This document shows, piece after piece, positions 1 to 9,824 of a DNA stretch of 64,000 nt. This stretch comes from a virus. Taxonomy: Duplodnaviria; Caudoviricetes. The position numbers were made by a program, and so were the translations under genes. The stretch's first letter is position 1. Every line of letters starts with the position of its first letter. Under the pieces are notes generated by a model. It ran no database searches. It was given only the letters and a program-made list of their open reading frames with translations, and was not told where the DNA came from. The DNA lies in the IMG/VR virus record IMGVR_UViG_3300031813_000003, positions 96,001 to 160,000 of that record; one strand, written 5' to 3'.

Positions 1-119
1 TATTGAATATCAAAAATGTGATATTCAATATTTCTCCGATGTTGATTATCACAATGAAACATATGATTACCCAGGAATAACTTGCCCTGGATGTAAAACT
101 AAAATAAGGATATAAAGAA

Positions 120-503
120 ATGAGAAATACACCAGAATTAATAGATCATATGAAACCAGATGAAGTTTTCGTATTCGGTTCTAACACCGCAGGGATTCAC
201 GGCGCAGGAGCAGCACTTCTAGCCAAACAAAGATTTGGGGCAATCAAGGGGCAAGGAATAGGCATACAAGGACGTTCTTACGCCATCCCTACCAAAGGTA
301 TGCAGCTAGAGGTTCTACCTCTTTCAACCATCCAGAATTATGTCAATGATTTTATCTCCTTCACTAGGAGAACCCCTGAACTGAAATTTTATGTGACTAA
401 AATCGGTTGTGGATTAGCAGGATATACAGTTGAAGACATTGCTCCTATGTTTAAACAACATAGTATTCCAGATAATGTCTGGTTGCCTGTTGAGTTTTGG
501 TAA
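120..503 (+). CDS. Macro-domain-like protein (ADP-ribose-related; common phage family)
   Basis: VFVFGSN..G.HG.GAA, SYAIPT and FYVTKIGCGLAG motifs. Confidence 0.65.
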   Translation: MRNTPELIDHMKPDEVFVFGSNTAGIHGAGAALLAKQRFGAIKGQGIGIQGRSYAIPTKGMQLEVLPLSTIQNYVNDFISFTRRTPELKFYVTKIGCGLAGYTVEDIAPMFKQHSIPDNVWLPVEFW

Positions 504-561
504 TAAAATATAATCATTATATTAGATAAACTAACAAAGAAATATAAATCCTAGGGTTATA

Positions 562-1527
562 ATGCAGAAATATAAAGAACTCCAATATATACACAGATTA
601 GGGTTACCAAAATTGAAACGTGTTCAGCCTGGGTATATGTGTAGTTGTATTAAATGTAGAGAAGGTAGTTCTCCTTGGAAAACTAGAATGTATTTTCTGA
701 CAGAGAATAAAGAGTATATCACGGTGTTTTGTCAGCATTGTGGATATAATACTAATCTCAGAATGTTTTTGAAAGAATTTTTCCCTTTTATATATGAAGA
801 GTATGTAAAAGAAGAATTGAATGATAAGATGGAAGGGCTTAAAAACGGAACTTTGATCATCAAAGAACCAAAAAAATCCAAAATAAATACTTGTGTAGAA
901 CTGAAATACAAATTCAACCTAAATCAAAAATATTTCAAACCAGCAAACAAATACAGAGCATCTGTAGATTTTTGCAAGAAAAGACATATTTCAGAACATA
1001 TTGATAAGTTCTATTATAATATTCATCCAACACATATAATGTCAGGAATGGTAGTTTTCCCATTTTTATTGGAAGATCAAGAAACACTTTATGGTCTTCA
1101 AGGAAGACATACTGAAAAGAAATTGTTTCATACAATATCTAAAAATGAAGCAATGAAAATTTATAATATATTTAATGTAAATTTTGATAAACCTGTATAT
1201 TGCTTTGAATCTATTATCGACTCTCTCATGGTAGAAAACGCAATTGCAATGTTAGGTACTACATTAAGCCCTGCTATATCAGATATGATTCAACATAAAG
1301 TAATGATAACCGATAACGATAGGGTAGGTAGGGAAAGAACGTTACGATATTTACAGGAAGGACATGAATGTTTCATATTCCCTAGTAATTTCAAGTATAA
1401 AGATTTCAATGAAGCAGTTTGTGATGGGTTTAAAAAATCTGATCTCCCTAAACTCATAGAAAATAACACTTTTATAAAAGAAGCTGGTATAGCAAGAATT
1501 AAATTTCAGTTAATGGGGAAAAAATAA
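562..1527 (+). CDS. 61: DNA primase, T4 gp61-like
   Basis: N-terminal Zn-binding CxxC...CxHC; TOPRIM motifs FESIIDS and DND..G; KDFNE. Confidence 0.85.
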   Translation: MQKYKELQYIHRLGLPKLKRVQPGYMCSCIKCREGSSPWKTRMYFLTENKEYITVFCQHCGYNTNLRMFLKEFFPFIYEEYVKEELNDKMEGLKNGTLIIKEPKKSKINTCVELKYKFNLNQKYFKPANKYRASVDFCKKRHISEHIDKFYYNIHPTHIMSGMVVFPFLLEDQETLYGLQGRHTEKKLFHTISKNEAMKIYNIFNVNFDKPVYCFESIIDSLMVENAIAMLGTTLSPAISDMIQHKVMITDNDRVGRERTLRYLQEGHECFIFPSNFKYKDFNEAVCDGFKKSDLPKLIENNTFIKEAGIARIKFQLMGKK

Positions 1528-1838
1528 TGCCTTTGTATGAATATGGATGTAGTAAATGTAATAAAACATGGGAATTAAAATTGACAATGCAAGAGCATGA
1601 TGATATAAAGGGACAACTCAAATGTGAGTGTGGTGAAGTGGCGCACCAAGTTGTTACACCATTGAATTTTAGACTAAAAGGAGAAGGATGGTTTGGTAGG
1701 GATGGAGGAAATAACGCCAGCGGGTTAGGATATGAAATGACACAGAACTCTATGGACAAATCGAAAGACGAAGTTGCCCGAATGGATGACTGTGTATCTG
1801 AAATGGCAGCTAAAGATGAAAATGTGAGGGAGATTTGA
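1527..1838 (+). CDS. FmdB-family zinc-ribbon protein
   Basis: MPLYEYGCSKC...CECG...FRLKGEGWF. Confidence 0.8.
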   Translation: MPLYEYGCSKCNKTWELKLTMQEHDDIKGQLKCECGEVAHQVVTPLNFRLKGEGWFGRDGGNNASGLGYEMTQNSMDKSKDEVARMDDCVSEMAAKDENVREI

Positions 1839-2485
1839 TGAATGCTATGAAACTTGGAGTGCGACCTATTAAATCATGTGACGAATGTGAAGATCAACAA
1901 GGAGAAGTTCTTGGACAAACATTCAAAGAAAGAATGTGGCTTGCCTTTCTGCCCGAAAAGAAAATTCTCCTTAACTGTGTAATAGATGAAGACCTTATTG
2001 AAAAAGCAGTTATGCAAATATTTGCTTTCAATGAATATGATGCCGCAATGAAAGCAGAAAATCCTTCTTATATTGCCGCTCCTATCAAAATCTATATCAA
2101 CTCTGCTGGTGGTATTCTTGATGAGTGTTTCAGTCTAGTTTCTACAATTGAAGCTTCTACTACTCCTGTATGGACAATTGCCCTAGGTAAAGCATATTCC
2201 GCAGGATTCCTGATTTTACTTGCTGGACATATGAGATTTGCTCAGAAAAGAGCTACCCTCATGTATCATCAAGGTGCAGCTGGAATCAACGGTGAATTCA
2301 GTAAGATCATCGAATATGCCCGACATTGGGAACAGTGCCAAGGTATTGTGGAAGACTACGTTATAGAAAAAACAAAGATTAAAAGAAAACAACTTGACTT
2401 GATTTTCAACCATAGAACTGACTCATATATGAACACCGAAACTGCGTTGAAACTTGGAGTTATTGACGCAATCTGGACTCACTAA
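1835..2485 (+). CDS. clpP: ClpP-like protease subunit
   Basis: IKIYINSAGG, GKAYSAG (catalytic Ser), MYHQ (His), ALKLGVID. Confidence 0.85.
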   Translation: MMNAMKLGVRPIKSCDECEDQQGEVLGQTFKERMWLAFLPEKKILLNCVIDEDLIEKAVMQIFAFNEYDAAMKAENPSYIAAPIKIYINSAGGILDECFSLVSTIEASTTPVWTIALGKAYSAGFLILLAGHMRFAQKRATLMYHQGAAGINGEFSKIIEYARHWEQCQGIVEDYVIEKTKIKRKQLDLIFNHRTDSYMNTETALKLGVIDAIWTH

Positions 2486-2503
2486 CTAATAATTAAATAT
2501 CAT

Positions 2504-2547
2504 AAAAGTTGCACCATAACACTAACTATGTTATGGTGCAACTTTTT
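2504..2547 (+). terminator. Intrinsic terminator hairpin overlapping a sigma70-like promoter (TTGCAC-17-TATGGT)
   Basis: 18-bp inverted repeat AAAAGTTGCACCATAACA/TGTTATGGTGCAACTTTT ending in a T-tract. Confidence 0.7.
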
Positions 2548-2569
2548 ATTTAACTTAAGGAAATAACTA

Positions 2570-3481
2570 ATGAAAGTTCTTTATGCAGGGAGTTTCAATC
2601 CTTTTCATTTAGCACATCAATATGTTTTTGATACAGCATGTAAATGTTTTAGCAAAAAAAATGTATGGATTGGTGTGGGCCAGAACAAAGATAAACCTAT
2701 CAAGAATTTAGACAAGATCAAATACTCTTTAGTACCAGTAACTCCAAATGTAATCACATACACAGGGCTAACCGCAAAAGTCATCAGGGAACTTGGATTT
2801 GATCTTTTAGTTCGTGGTATTCGTCCAGGGAAATCTATAGAACAAGAAGAGGATTTGCTATACTGGAACCGTAACCTCACAGGTATTGATACAATCCTTA
2901 TTCCTACACATTCAGACCTTTGTAGAATTTCTTCATCAGCTATCAGGGAACTTGCTGCTAATGGTGAGTATATATACGATTATGTCAACCCTGAAGTATA
3001 TGCGAGATTGACTAACCAACTGACAACTGTATATTTTGGGAAGTCATGTTCTGGTAAATCAACTTACCTTGATAGAAATACTATTGGTAGGGTGAATATG
3101 GATTACTACATTTGGGAATTGATAAATCTATCAAATAGTAGGAAGAATGTTCTCAAAGAACAACTAAGAGGTTGTATCAAAAATCCCGATCAAACTGGTA
3201 TATATAACAGTATAATCTATGAGATTGCAAGAAACATTGATTGGATGCAATTTGTTCAGTCTGGATGTAATATTGATGCAGCTGTTATTGGCGTGTACTG
3301 GTACTATATTCCTCCTGAGATTAGGGGATTGATGAAACTAATAAAGGTTGAAACATCAGAATCAAATAGAATGAAATTTGCCGAAATGAGGAATGTTTCC
3401 AAAGAGTTCTTGTATTTCTCAGATTGCTTTTATAAAGACCCTCCCTATTGGGACGAAACTATAACTATTGAGGATATATAA
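2570..3481 (+). CDS. Phosphopantetheine adenylyltransferase (CoaD)-like domain fused to a P-loop kinase (CoaE-like)
   Basis: YAGSFNPFHLAH, LVRGIR and ISSSAIRELA (CoaD signatures); C-terminal GKSCSGKST Walker A. Confidence 0.75.
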   Translation: MKVLYAGSFNPFHLAHQYVFDTACKCFSKKNVWIGVGQNKDKPIKNLDKIKYSLVPVTPNVITYTGLTAKVIRELGFDLLVRGIRPGKSIEQEEDLLYWNRNLTGIDTILIPTHSDLCRISSSAIRELAANGEYIYDYVNPEVYARLTNQLTTVYFGKSCSGKSTYLDRNTIGRVNMDYYIWELINLSNSRKNVLKEQLRGCIKNPDQTGIYNSIIYEIARNIDWMQFVQSGCNIDAAVIGVYWYYIPPEIRGLMKLIKVETSESNRMKFAEMRNVSKEFLYFSDCFYKDPPYWDETITIEDI

Positions 3482-3889
3482 ATGAATGAAAAATATTGTA
3501 AATTGAAACTAGGCAACGAAACTAATGGTATTGAGCTTTCATATCTAACCTACAAAGGTACATGGGATATAAATGTGGGGGTATACTCCAATAAGAAAGC
3601 GAGTGATTTTTGTTTAGACTACAAATATCCTGATGATATAGCTTTCTTAAACTCTCTTAAAAACTTTACTTTAGATAGCAATAAAATTATATGGAAATAT
3701 GAAGAAAGATATTTTAACTATATATACGATATTCATATCTACCCTAAAGCAGAGAAAATTTATATATCTACATATGAAAATGATGAAGATGATAATGAAA
3801 CCGTAGTTGAACTTGAATATAATCTAAATGAAAAAGAAATCAAGAAGTTCATGAAATTTGTGAAAGAACTAAATAAGGAACTAGTGTAA
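3482..3889 (+). CDS. Hypothetical protein
   Basis: ORF coupled to its neighbours. Confidence 0.6.
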   Translation: MNEKYCKLKLGNETNGIELSYLTYKGTWDINVGVYSNKKASDFCLDYKYPDDIAFLNSLKNFTLDSNKIIWKYEERYFNYIYDIHIYPKAEKIYISTYENDEDDNETVVELEYNLNEKEIKKFMKFVKELNKELV

Positions 3890-4089
3890 TGGATAACAAC
3901 GATAGTATCAAAAAGTTGATTACTTCACTTAACACAAAGAAAGCAGAACTATTAAACGAAAGTAACAAAGTTCAAGGTGCCATCAATGCACTTCAGAATA
4001 TTTGTGACCATGATTGGAACTGCGTAGGGCATGACTCCCATAAAGATCATTATACATGTACAATATGTGGAAAGACTGATTCTTACTAA
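3889..4089 (+). CDS. Small Cys/His-rich hypothetical protein
   Basis: CDHDW...CTICG; overlapping start/stop. Confidence 0.6.
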   Translation: MDNNDSIKKLITSLNTKKAELLNESNKVQGAINALQNICDHDWNCVGHDSHKDHYTCTICGKTDSY

Positions 4090-4099
4090 AGGAAAATGA

Positions 4100-5371
4100 A
4101 TGAATGAATATGATGTATTGGTAGATACCCTACCAAAAGATAGCGAAAGCGCAGGGTCAGTAAATCTTGGTCTAGAACTAGTTGCAAAGCAAACTGGAGC
4201 AAAGGTAGTTCAATGGCATGAAAAGCTAGATATAGTACCAAAGAATATCGGCATCAACATCATCTATCCTCCCCATATGCTAAACATAGTTCCATTCCTT
4301 CGAAGAAACGGCATAGAACCTCTCAAAGACAAACGTAATGGAGAACATATAATCACAGTTGGAGGCCCAGCAATCGGTAATGGCAAGGCTTTAACTGATA
4401 TTGTTGATCATGTTTACTTCGGGGAATTCGATCTTGATTTAAATTTGACTTCTATCGTTTCTGAGCCTATAATAAAAAATGGAAAAGCAGTTATCGAATT
4501 GACTAGGGGATGTAAATCAAAATGTAAATTTTGTGAATATACATTCAACGTCAAACAGTATAGAGAAAAAGATTTTGAACTAGTAAAAGCTCAACTTCAT
4601 CAACTAATGAAAGTTGGGATCAAACGTGTCAACTTCCTGTCAGCAAACTTCGCTGGATACTCCAAACTCCCTGAACTAATAGAATATTGCATCTTCCATC
4701 ACATCACAATCCTAAACTGTGATTCTTGTGTTAAAGATGCACATAGACTTTTACCATACACTAAATATCTCCAGAACAATATTAAACTAGGGATTGAATC
4801 CTTTGATGAAGCTACTAGAAAATCTATAGCTAAACCAATGGCTGAACAAAAACTAATTGATACAATCAGGACTCTTTCAAATCACATGACATACATTCAT
4901 ATGTATTTGATTTTTGGTTTGCCTGGGGATAACTATGATGAATGGGTTCGTTGGTTAAAGATTTTATCAGATATCAGGAAAGAATTCACTACAACATCTT
5001 ACAATCTTCTTGATGAAGAACTTGTCAGGAATACAAAGAACCTTAGATATGAATTCTCTATAACTAATTTTGAGCCTTGTTATAATACACCAATGGCTAA
5101 TACACCTACCGTGGATTTTAAAGCAAAAGACGAATTCTTGATCAAATGGGGGGAAGGGCTGAAACAATATGGATTCTTCAAAGGTGAAGAATATGGTTAC
5201 AAAAACGCAAAAGGAAGAATTGGTAGAAAAGAAGCATCATACGAAATGTTGATGCTGTTGAAAAAGGGTGATAACCTTACAGATAGATTTTTGAATCTAT
5301 TTCAAAAAGGAATCAGTAGAAGTATTGATCATGATCTAGCTGAAGAATTTATAAACTATAAAGGAAAATAA
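4100..5371 (+). CDS. Radical SAM protein (MiaB/B12-binding-like architecture)
   Basis: IELTRGCKSKCKFCEY (CxxxCxxC); N-terminal ITVGGP; LGIES; IFGLPG. Confidence 0.85.
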   Translation: MNEYDVLVDTLPKDSESAGSVNLGLELVAKQTGAKVVQWHEKLDIVPKNIGINIIYPPHMLNIVPFLRRNGIEPLKDKRNGEHIITVGGPAIGNGKALTDIVDHVYFGEFDLDLNLTSIVSEPIIKNGKAVIELTRGCKSKCKFCEYTFNVKQYREKDFELVKAQLHQLMKVGIKRVNFLSANFAGYSKLPELIEYCIFHHITILNCDSCVKDAHRLLPYTKYLQNNIKLGIESFDEATRKSIAKPMAEQKLIDTIRTLSNHMTYIHMYLIFGLPGDNYDEWVRWLKILSDIRKEFTTTSYNLLDEELVRNTKNLRYEFSITNFEPCYNTPMANTPTVDFKAKDEFLIKWGEGLKQYGFFKGEEYGYKNAKGRIGRKEASYEMLMLLKKGDNLTDRFLNLFQKGISRSIDHDLAEEFINYKGK

Positions 5372-5374
5372 TTA

Positions 5375-6052
5375 ATGAATGTTGAATTGAAACACTACAC
5401 ACCAATGCCAGTTCTGATAGAAGCTATTAGAACTTGTTATGACTCTATGGGAAGATCAGATAGTCAAACAATTGAAGGTGACTTCATCTTAGGAATAAAA
5501 GATAAAGAACTTATTATGAAAGTAGTTGAAGATGGTCATGGGTCAACTTTAGAGCATCTGACATACAGTTTTAAAATAAATGGTCTTCCAAGATTTATTC
5601 TCCAAGAACTTGTAAGACATAGGATAGCATCTTATTCAGTTAAGAGTACTAGGTTTACTTTATCTGAACTAAAATATGAAACACCATTTGTTATTAATGA
5701 ATGGGATGAAGATGATCCTAAATTTGATACTGTTTTTTATGACGTTGAAAGGGCTGCTAAATACCTTTACCTTTCAGGGAACACAAAACTAGATAATATA
5801 TCAATTCAATCCTTAGAATATCTTAGGCAAGAAATTGTAGATGGTACTGTCACCAAAGACGAAGTAAAACAAATAGTCCCTGAAAACTATCTATGTGATC
5901 TAATGATGACCCTAAATGCTAGATCACTATGTAATTTATTATATCTAAGAAGCGGCAAAAGAGCACATTTCCTCATTCAACAACTCGCAGCATATGTGTT
6001 TGGTAACATTCCAGCACAACACAAATTCATCTTCGAAAAGTCTATGCAGTAA
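5375..6052 (+). CDS. thyX: Flavin-dependent thymidylate synthase
   Basis: GHGSTLEH, ELVRHRIASYSVKSTRF, NARSL. Confidence 0.95.
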   Translation: MNVELKHYTPMPVLIEAIRTCYDSMGRSDSQTIEGDFILGIKDKELIMKVVEDGHGSTLEHLTYSFKINGLPRFILQELVRHRIASYSVKSTRFTLSELKYETPFVINEWDEDDPKFDTVFYDVERAAKYLYLSGNTKLDNISIQSLEYLRQEIVDGTVTKDEVKQIVPENYLCDLMMTLNARSLCNLLYLRSGKRAHFLIQQLAAYVFGNIPAQHKFIFEKSMQ

Positions 6053-6075
6053 GCAGAAAAGGATACACCACAATT

Positions 6076-8427
6076 ATGGATAAACAAATTTTAAAATTGT
6101 TGCAAGAGCGATACTTTTTACCAACAGAAACATCATGGGATGATATTGCAAAGAGAGTATCCGCTATCTACCCTCCAATATATGAAGATATCAAGAACAA
6201 ATCTTTCATTCCGTCTACACCAACTCTGATGAACGGAAATACCCAAGGGCAACGTCAAGGAACCTTATCATCTTGTTTCACAATGGATATCGAAGACTCT
6301 ATGGAAGGGATCATGGACTCCCTAAAAGAGGCAGCACTAGTAACAAAAGCTGCTGGTGGAGTTGGGTATGTCTTTTCCAAACTAAGGGCATCAAAAGAGA
6401 ATATCGCATCAATTAACAGAGAATCTAGTGGGCCTATCCCATTCATGAGAATGTTTAATGTTCTACTTGATGGAGTATCACAAGGAGGAGCTAGAAAGGG
6501 TGCAGGTATGGGTCAGTTTGATATTAATCATCCTGATATTCTTTCTGTTATTCGTCTTAAAAATACCAAAGGTGCAATGGAAAGACTCAACATTTCCATT
6601 CGTGTAACTGATGAATTCTATGATACTTTAAAAAATACTCCTGATGCTCCACATATTGTTTATGATATGAATGGTAAAGGATTTCCTCTTCAAGATAATG
6701 GTAAATCTATAACAGTCAAAAAACTTTGGGATGAAATTATTGAGTATGCTTGGTTATGTGCAGAACCTGGGATATTCAATGTTGATATAGCTACTAGACA
6801 ATGCACTGTCACAAATCTAAACAACTATGTTCTATCTAACCCTTGCGCTGAGTTTACTAATATTCCTTATGCATCATGTAACCTAGGTAGTGTGAACTTA
6901 ACCAAGTTTGTCAAAACCAGTAAGTATAATGGTAAAGTATATTTTGATTGGGATGAATATATCAAAGCAATAAAGAGGGCAACTAGATTCCTTAACAATG
7001 TAATTGACGTAAATGATTTCCCAATTAAAAAGATTAAAGATGTTACATTGAAAGTTCGCCCTATAGGACTAGGTGCAATGGGATATGCTCATATGCTTTA
7101 TCTTCTTGAGATTCCATATAACTCACCAAAAGCACTAAAGTTAAAAGCCAAACTATTTCATACTCTTACAATGCAAAGTATGAGAGAATCCGTGAATATC
7201 GCAGCTGAAAATCGCTCTAGATATCCTGCATTTAACTATGATCTATTCATGAAAGCAAATGAAAGATTTTTTACATATGATACTGATCTAACTGATCCTG
7301 ATTCTATTGAATATTGTGAATGGTTGAAGACCTTAGCAAGTGATATTAATAGTTATGGTGCTGCTAACTCATGTTACACTTCAATTGCACCCAATGGAAG
7401 TATTGCTTATATTGCTGATATGACTACAGGGGGGATTGAACCAGTTTATGCACTAACATACTCCCGTAGTATTGAAAAGATGGATAAACAATATGAAGTA
7501 GTATATATCACTGATCCAATTTTTGATAACTATTTGACTATGAATTATGATATTGAAACAAAAACAAATATTTTATCTCAAGTTGCAAATGATAAAGGTT
7601 CTTGTCAGAATGTACAAGAGATTCCTGAAGAAATGCGTAAAGTATTTGTTGTAGCTGGTGATCTAACTCCAATGGAACATCTTGATTCACTTGCAGTTGC
7701 TGCAGTTAATACAAGTCTTTCTGTTTCCAAGACAATCAATCTTCCTGCTGATGCAACTAGGGAAGAAATTTCTGAAGTGTATCTCAAAGCTCATGCCCTA
7801 GGAGTTATTGGTGTAACCGTTTACCGTGATGGTTGCCGTGATGGTATTCTTAACCATAGTGTTAAGGATGATAAGGAAATAATTGTCAAAACCAATGCGC
7901 CTAAACGTCCTAAGAGACTTCCAGCCCACGTTTACAGAGTTAGTATTCTCAATAGGGTGACTGATAAGCCAGAAAAATGGATCATCTTTGTTGGATTACT
8001 TGATGGTGATCCTTATGAGATTTTTGCTGGTAAGATTGATGGTAAGGATTTCTCAACTGATATCACAGAAGGGGAATTGGTTAAGACAAAGAAAGATGGA
8101 AAATCTGTTTACCAATTCCATAGTGAGGGAGAGGTTCTTGTAGAAAACATTCAGGAAGCTTATCTAAACGGTCTTCGTGAGTATATCACACGTATTATGT
8201 CCTGGGGATTAAGACATGGTGGTGGTATTGAATATCTTAAAGAAGTCCTTCAAAAATCAGATGGGACCATTGTAGACTTCAATAAGGCTATTATTCGTGC
8301 CATTGGAAAGTACTGTAAGAACGTAGCTTCCAAAGAGAAATGCCCTACTTGTAATGCTGATCTGAGATATGAAGGTGGGTGTGTTGTATGTTCAAATCCC
8401 GAATGCGCTTTTACTAAGTGTTCGTAA
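6076..8427 (+). CDS. nrdJ: Class II (adenosylcobalamin-dependent) ribonucleotide reductase
   Basis: LSSCF, NPCAE, CNLGS, SIAPNGS, SKTINLP, VTVYRDG; C-terminal KRP..L domain and Zn ribbon; no beta subunit nearby. Confidence 0.9.
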   Translation: MDKQILKLLQERYFLPTETSWDDIAKRVSAIYPPIYEDIKNKSFIPSTPTLMNGNTQGQRQGTLSSCFTMDIEDSMEGIMDSLKEAALVTKAAGGVGYVFSKLRASKENIASINRESSGPIPFMRMFNVLLDGVSQGGARKGAGMGQFDINHPDILSVIRLKNTKGAMERLNISIRVTDEFYDTLKNTPDAPHIVYDMNGKGFPLQDNGKSITVKKLWDEIIEYAWLCAEPGIFNVDIATRQCTVTNLNNYVLSNPCAEFTNIPYASCNLGSVNLTKFVKTSKYNGKVYFDWDEYIKAIKRATRFLNNVIDVNDFPIKKIKDVTLKVRPIGLGAMGYAHMLYLLEIPYNSPKALKLKAKLFHTLTMQSMRESVNIAAENRSRYPAFNYDLFMKANERFFTYDTDLTDPDSIEYCEWLKTLASDINSYGAANSCYTSIAPNGSIAYIADMTTGGIEPVYALTYSRSIEKMDKQYEVVYITDPIFDNYLTMNYDIETKTNILSQVANDKGSCQNVQEIPEEMRKVFVVAGDLTPMEHLDSLAVAAVNTSLSVSKTINLPADATREEISEVYLKAHALGVIGVTVYRDGCRDGILNHSVKDDKEIIVKTNAPKRPKRLPAHVYRVSILNRVTDKPEKWIIFVGLLDGDPYEIFAGKIDGKDFSTDITEGELVKTKKDGKSVYQFHSEGEVLVENIQEAYLNGLREYITRIMSWGLRHGGGIEYLKEVLQKSDGTIVDFNKAIIRAIGKYCKNVASKEKCPTCNADLRYEGGCVVCSNPECAFTKCS

Positions 8428-8447
8428 TTATTTGGTAATAAAATAAA

Positions 8448-8506
8448 TTGACAATTAAATCCTCCTTTGTTATAGTTGAATCTCCACTATGAGCAAAGGA
8501 GGATTT
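8448..8506 (+). promoter_or_regulatory. sigma70-type promoter with an anti-SD inverted repeat
   Basis: TTGACA-17-TATAGT; spacer AAATCCTCCTTTG is the reverse complement of the downstream CAAAGGAGGATTT. Confidence 0.75.
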
Positions 8507-8507
8507 T

Positions 8508-8663
8508 ATGGAAGTCAAACTGATTAAAAATAAGAAATGTAATTCTTGTGACAAACGTTATTATGATGAAGATGTAACTGAAATAAATCTGAATGGTATA
8601 CTCACCAGATTGTGTCATTTGTGTGTAGAAGAACTTATAGTAAAAATTAGGAGAGCAAGATGA
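8508..8663 (+). CDS. Small Zn-finger-like protein (not in ORF track)
   Basis: Strong SD; MEVKLIKNKKCNSC...LCHLC. Confidence 0.6.
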   Translation: MEVKLIKNKKCNSCDKRYYDEDVTEINLNGILTRLCHLCVEELIVKIRRAR

Positions 8664-9190
8664 AAATCATATTTCTACATGGGTTGGAATCTGCACCAGA
8701 AACGTCAAGCTCTGCTAAAGCAATCAGGGATTATTTCGTTAATCAGTATGATGTGATCATTCCTGATTACAAGCCCAAGGAGAGAACACATAGTCAGATA
8801 TGTGATTACTTTGAGGAATTCACTGCGAATCTCCCTGAAGGAGAAGAGTATGTGGCTATTGGGATTTCGTTGGGAGGGTATTGGGCTTTAAACCTGACGA
8901 ATATCACTGAAGGTCAGATGATCAACAAGGTGATCCTTCTGAATCCTTCATTGGACTACTACTCCAGAACAGGGGAAGTTCCTGAAATAAAGATTGACCC
9001 TTGTGTGCTTGGACAGGTTATTGTAAACATGGATGATGATGTTGTTGATAACAACAAAACTATCAAAAGATACATAAACCGGTTTCATTTTCTCACGTTC
9101 TCAAAAGGAGGGCATAGGATGAGTAATATGAAACATGTGCTGCCTTACATGGATAATACCCTGAACACTTACAGAGTGTGGACTCCTTAA
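8660..9190 (+). CDS. YqiA/YcfP-like alpha/beta hydrolase
   Basis: FLHGLES, GISLGGY nucleophile elbow, LLNPS, DDVV, GGH. Confidence 0.85.
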   Translation: MKIIFLHGLESAPETSSSAKAIRDYFVNQYDVIIPDYKPKERTHSQICDYFEEFTANLPEGEEYVAIGISLGGYWALNLTNITEGQMINKVILLNPSLDYYSRTGEVPEIKIDPCVLGQVIVNMDDDVVDNNKTIKRYINRFHFLTFSKGGHRMSNMKHVLPYMDNTLNTYRVWTP

Positions 9191-9741
9191 CGTGGAACAG
9201 TAATCTTCTTTGCGTTGGGATTCCCTACCATAACCTTTGTTACCATTTCCCCTCCAATGTCACGTTGGTAGAAATAGTCATCAATTGGAATTAGCTCATC
9301 ATCTGGAAGCTTTTGTTGAGCTATTTTCACAGGGATATCATATTTGTAGAAGTCATCACCAAGCTGTTTCTGAAGTGAGTTGAGTGCTTTACCTGATAGC
9401 TCTATAAATGCACGTTTAAGGTCTTCTTTTGTTATCTCTCTATATGCTTTCACAGAGTCTCTTGTTCCATCAGTACCAGCAGCTACACCTTTACGTCCTT
9501 CTTTGTCTTTATACATTCTACATGTGGTAACTTTACCATCTTTGGTTGTTAGCTTCCAGAATGGGATATTTTGTATCATATCCTCTTTTGATTTGAAACC
9601 AGAACCTTTGATTCCTCCAGCATATGCATATGTTGCCTGGAGCAAGTCCCAAACTTGATCAGCATAGGGTGCTTTCTCTTCAGGTGTGAACAGATTTAGG
9701 TAATGTTCATTTATAAATTGTTTGAAGTTTAGAATTTTCAT
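9187..9741 (-). CDS. Probable late-expressed internal head protein
   Basis: N-terminus MKILNFKQFINE resembles the T4 capsid-targeting sequence; late-promoter-like CATAAATA 5 nt upstream (9747-9754). Confidence 0.55.
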   Translation of the reverse strand: MKILNFKQFINEHYLNLFTPEEKAPYADQVWDLLQATYAYAGGIKGSGFKSKEDMIQNIPFWKLTTKDGKVTTCRMYKDKEGRKGVAAGTDGTRDSVKAYREITKEDLKRAFIELSGKALNSLQKQLGDDFYKYDIPVKIAQQKLPDDELIPIDDYFYQRDIGGEMVTKVMVGNPNAKKITVPR

Positions 9742-9765
9742 ATCTCTATTTATGTGATTTTTATA

Positions 9766-9800
9766 TTGACAGTAAAATATTCTTGGGTTAAGATGAATCA
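9766..9800 (+). promoter_or_regulatory. sigma70-type early promoter
   Basis: TTGACA-17-TAAGAT followed by GAATCAT; near-copy at 10731. Confidence 0.8.
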
Positions 9801-9824
9801 TAATCAAATGACAAAGGAGATCAT

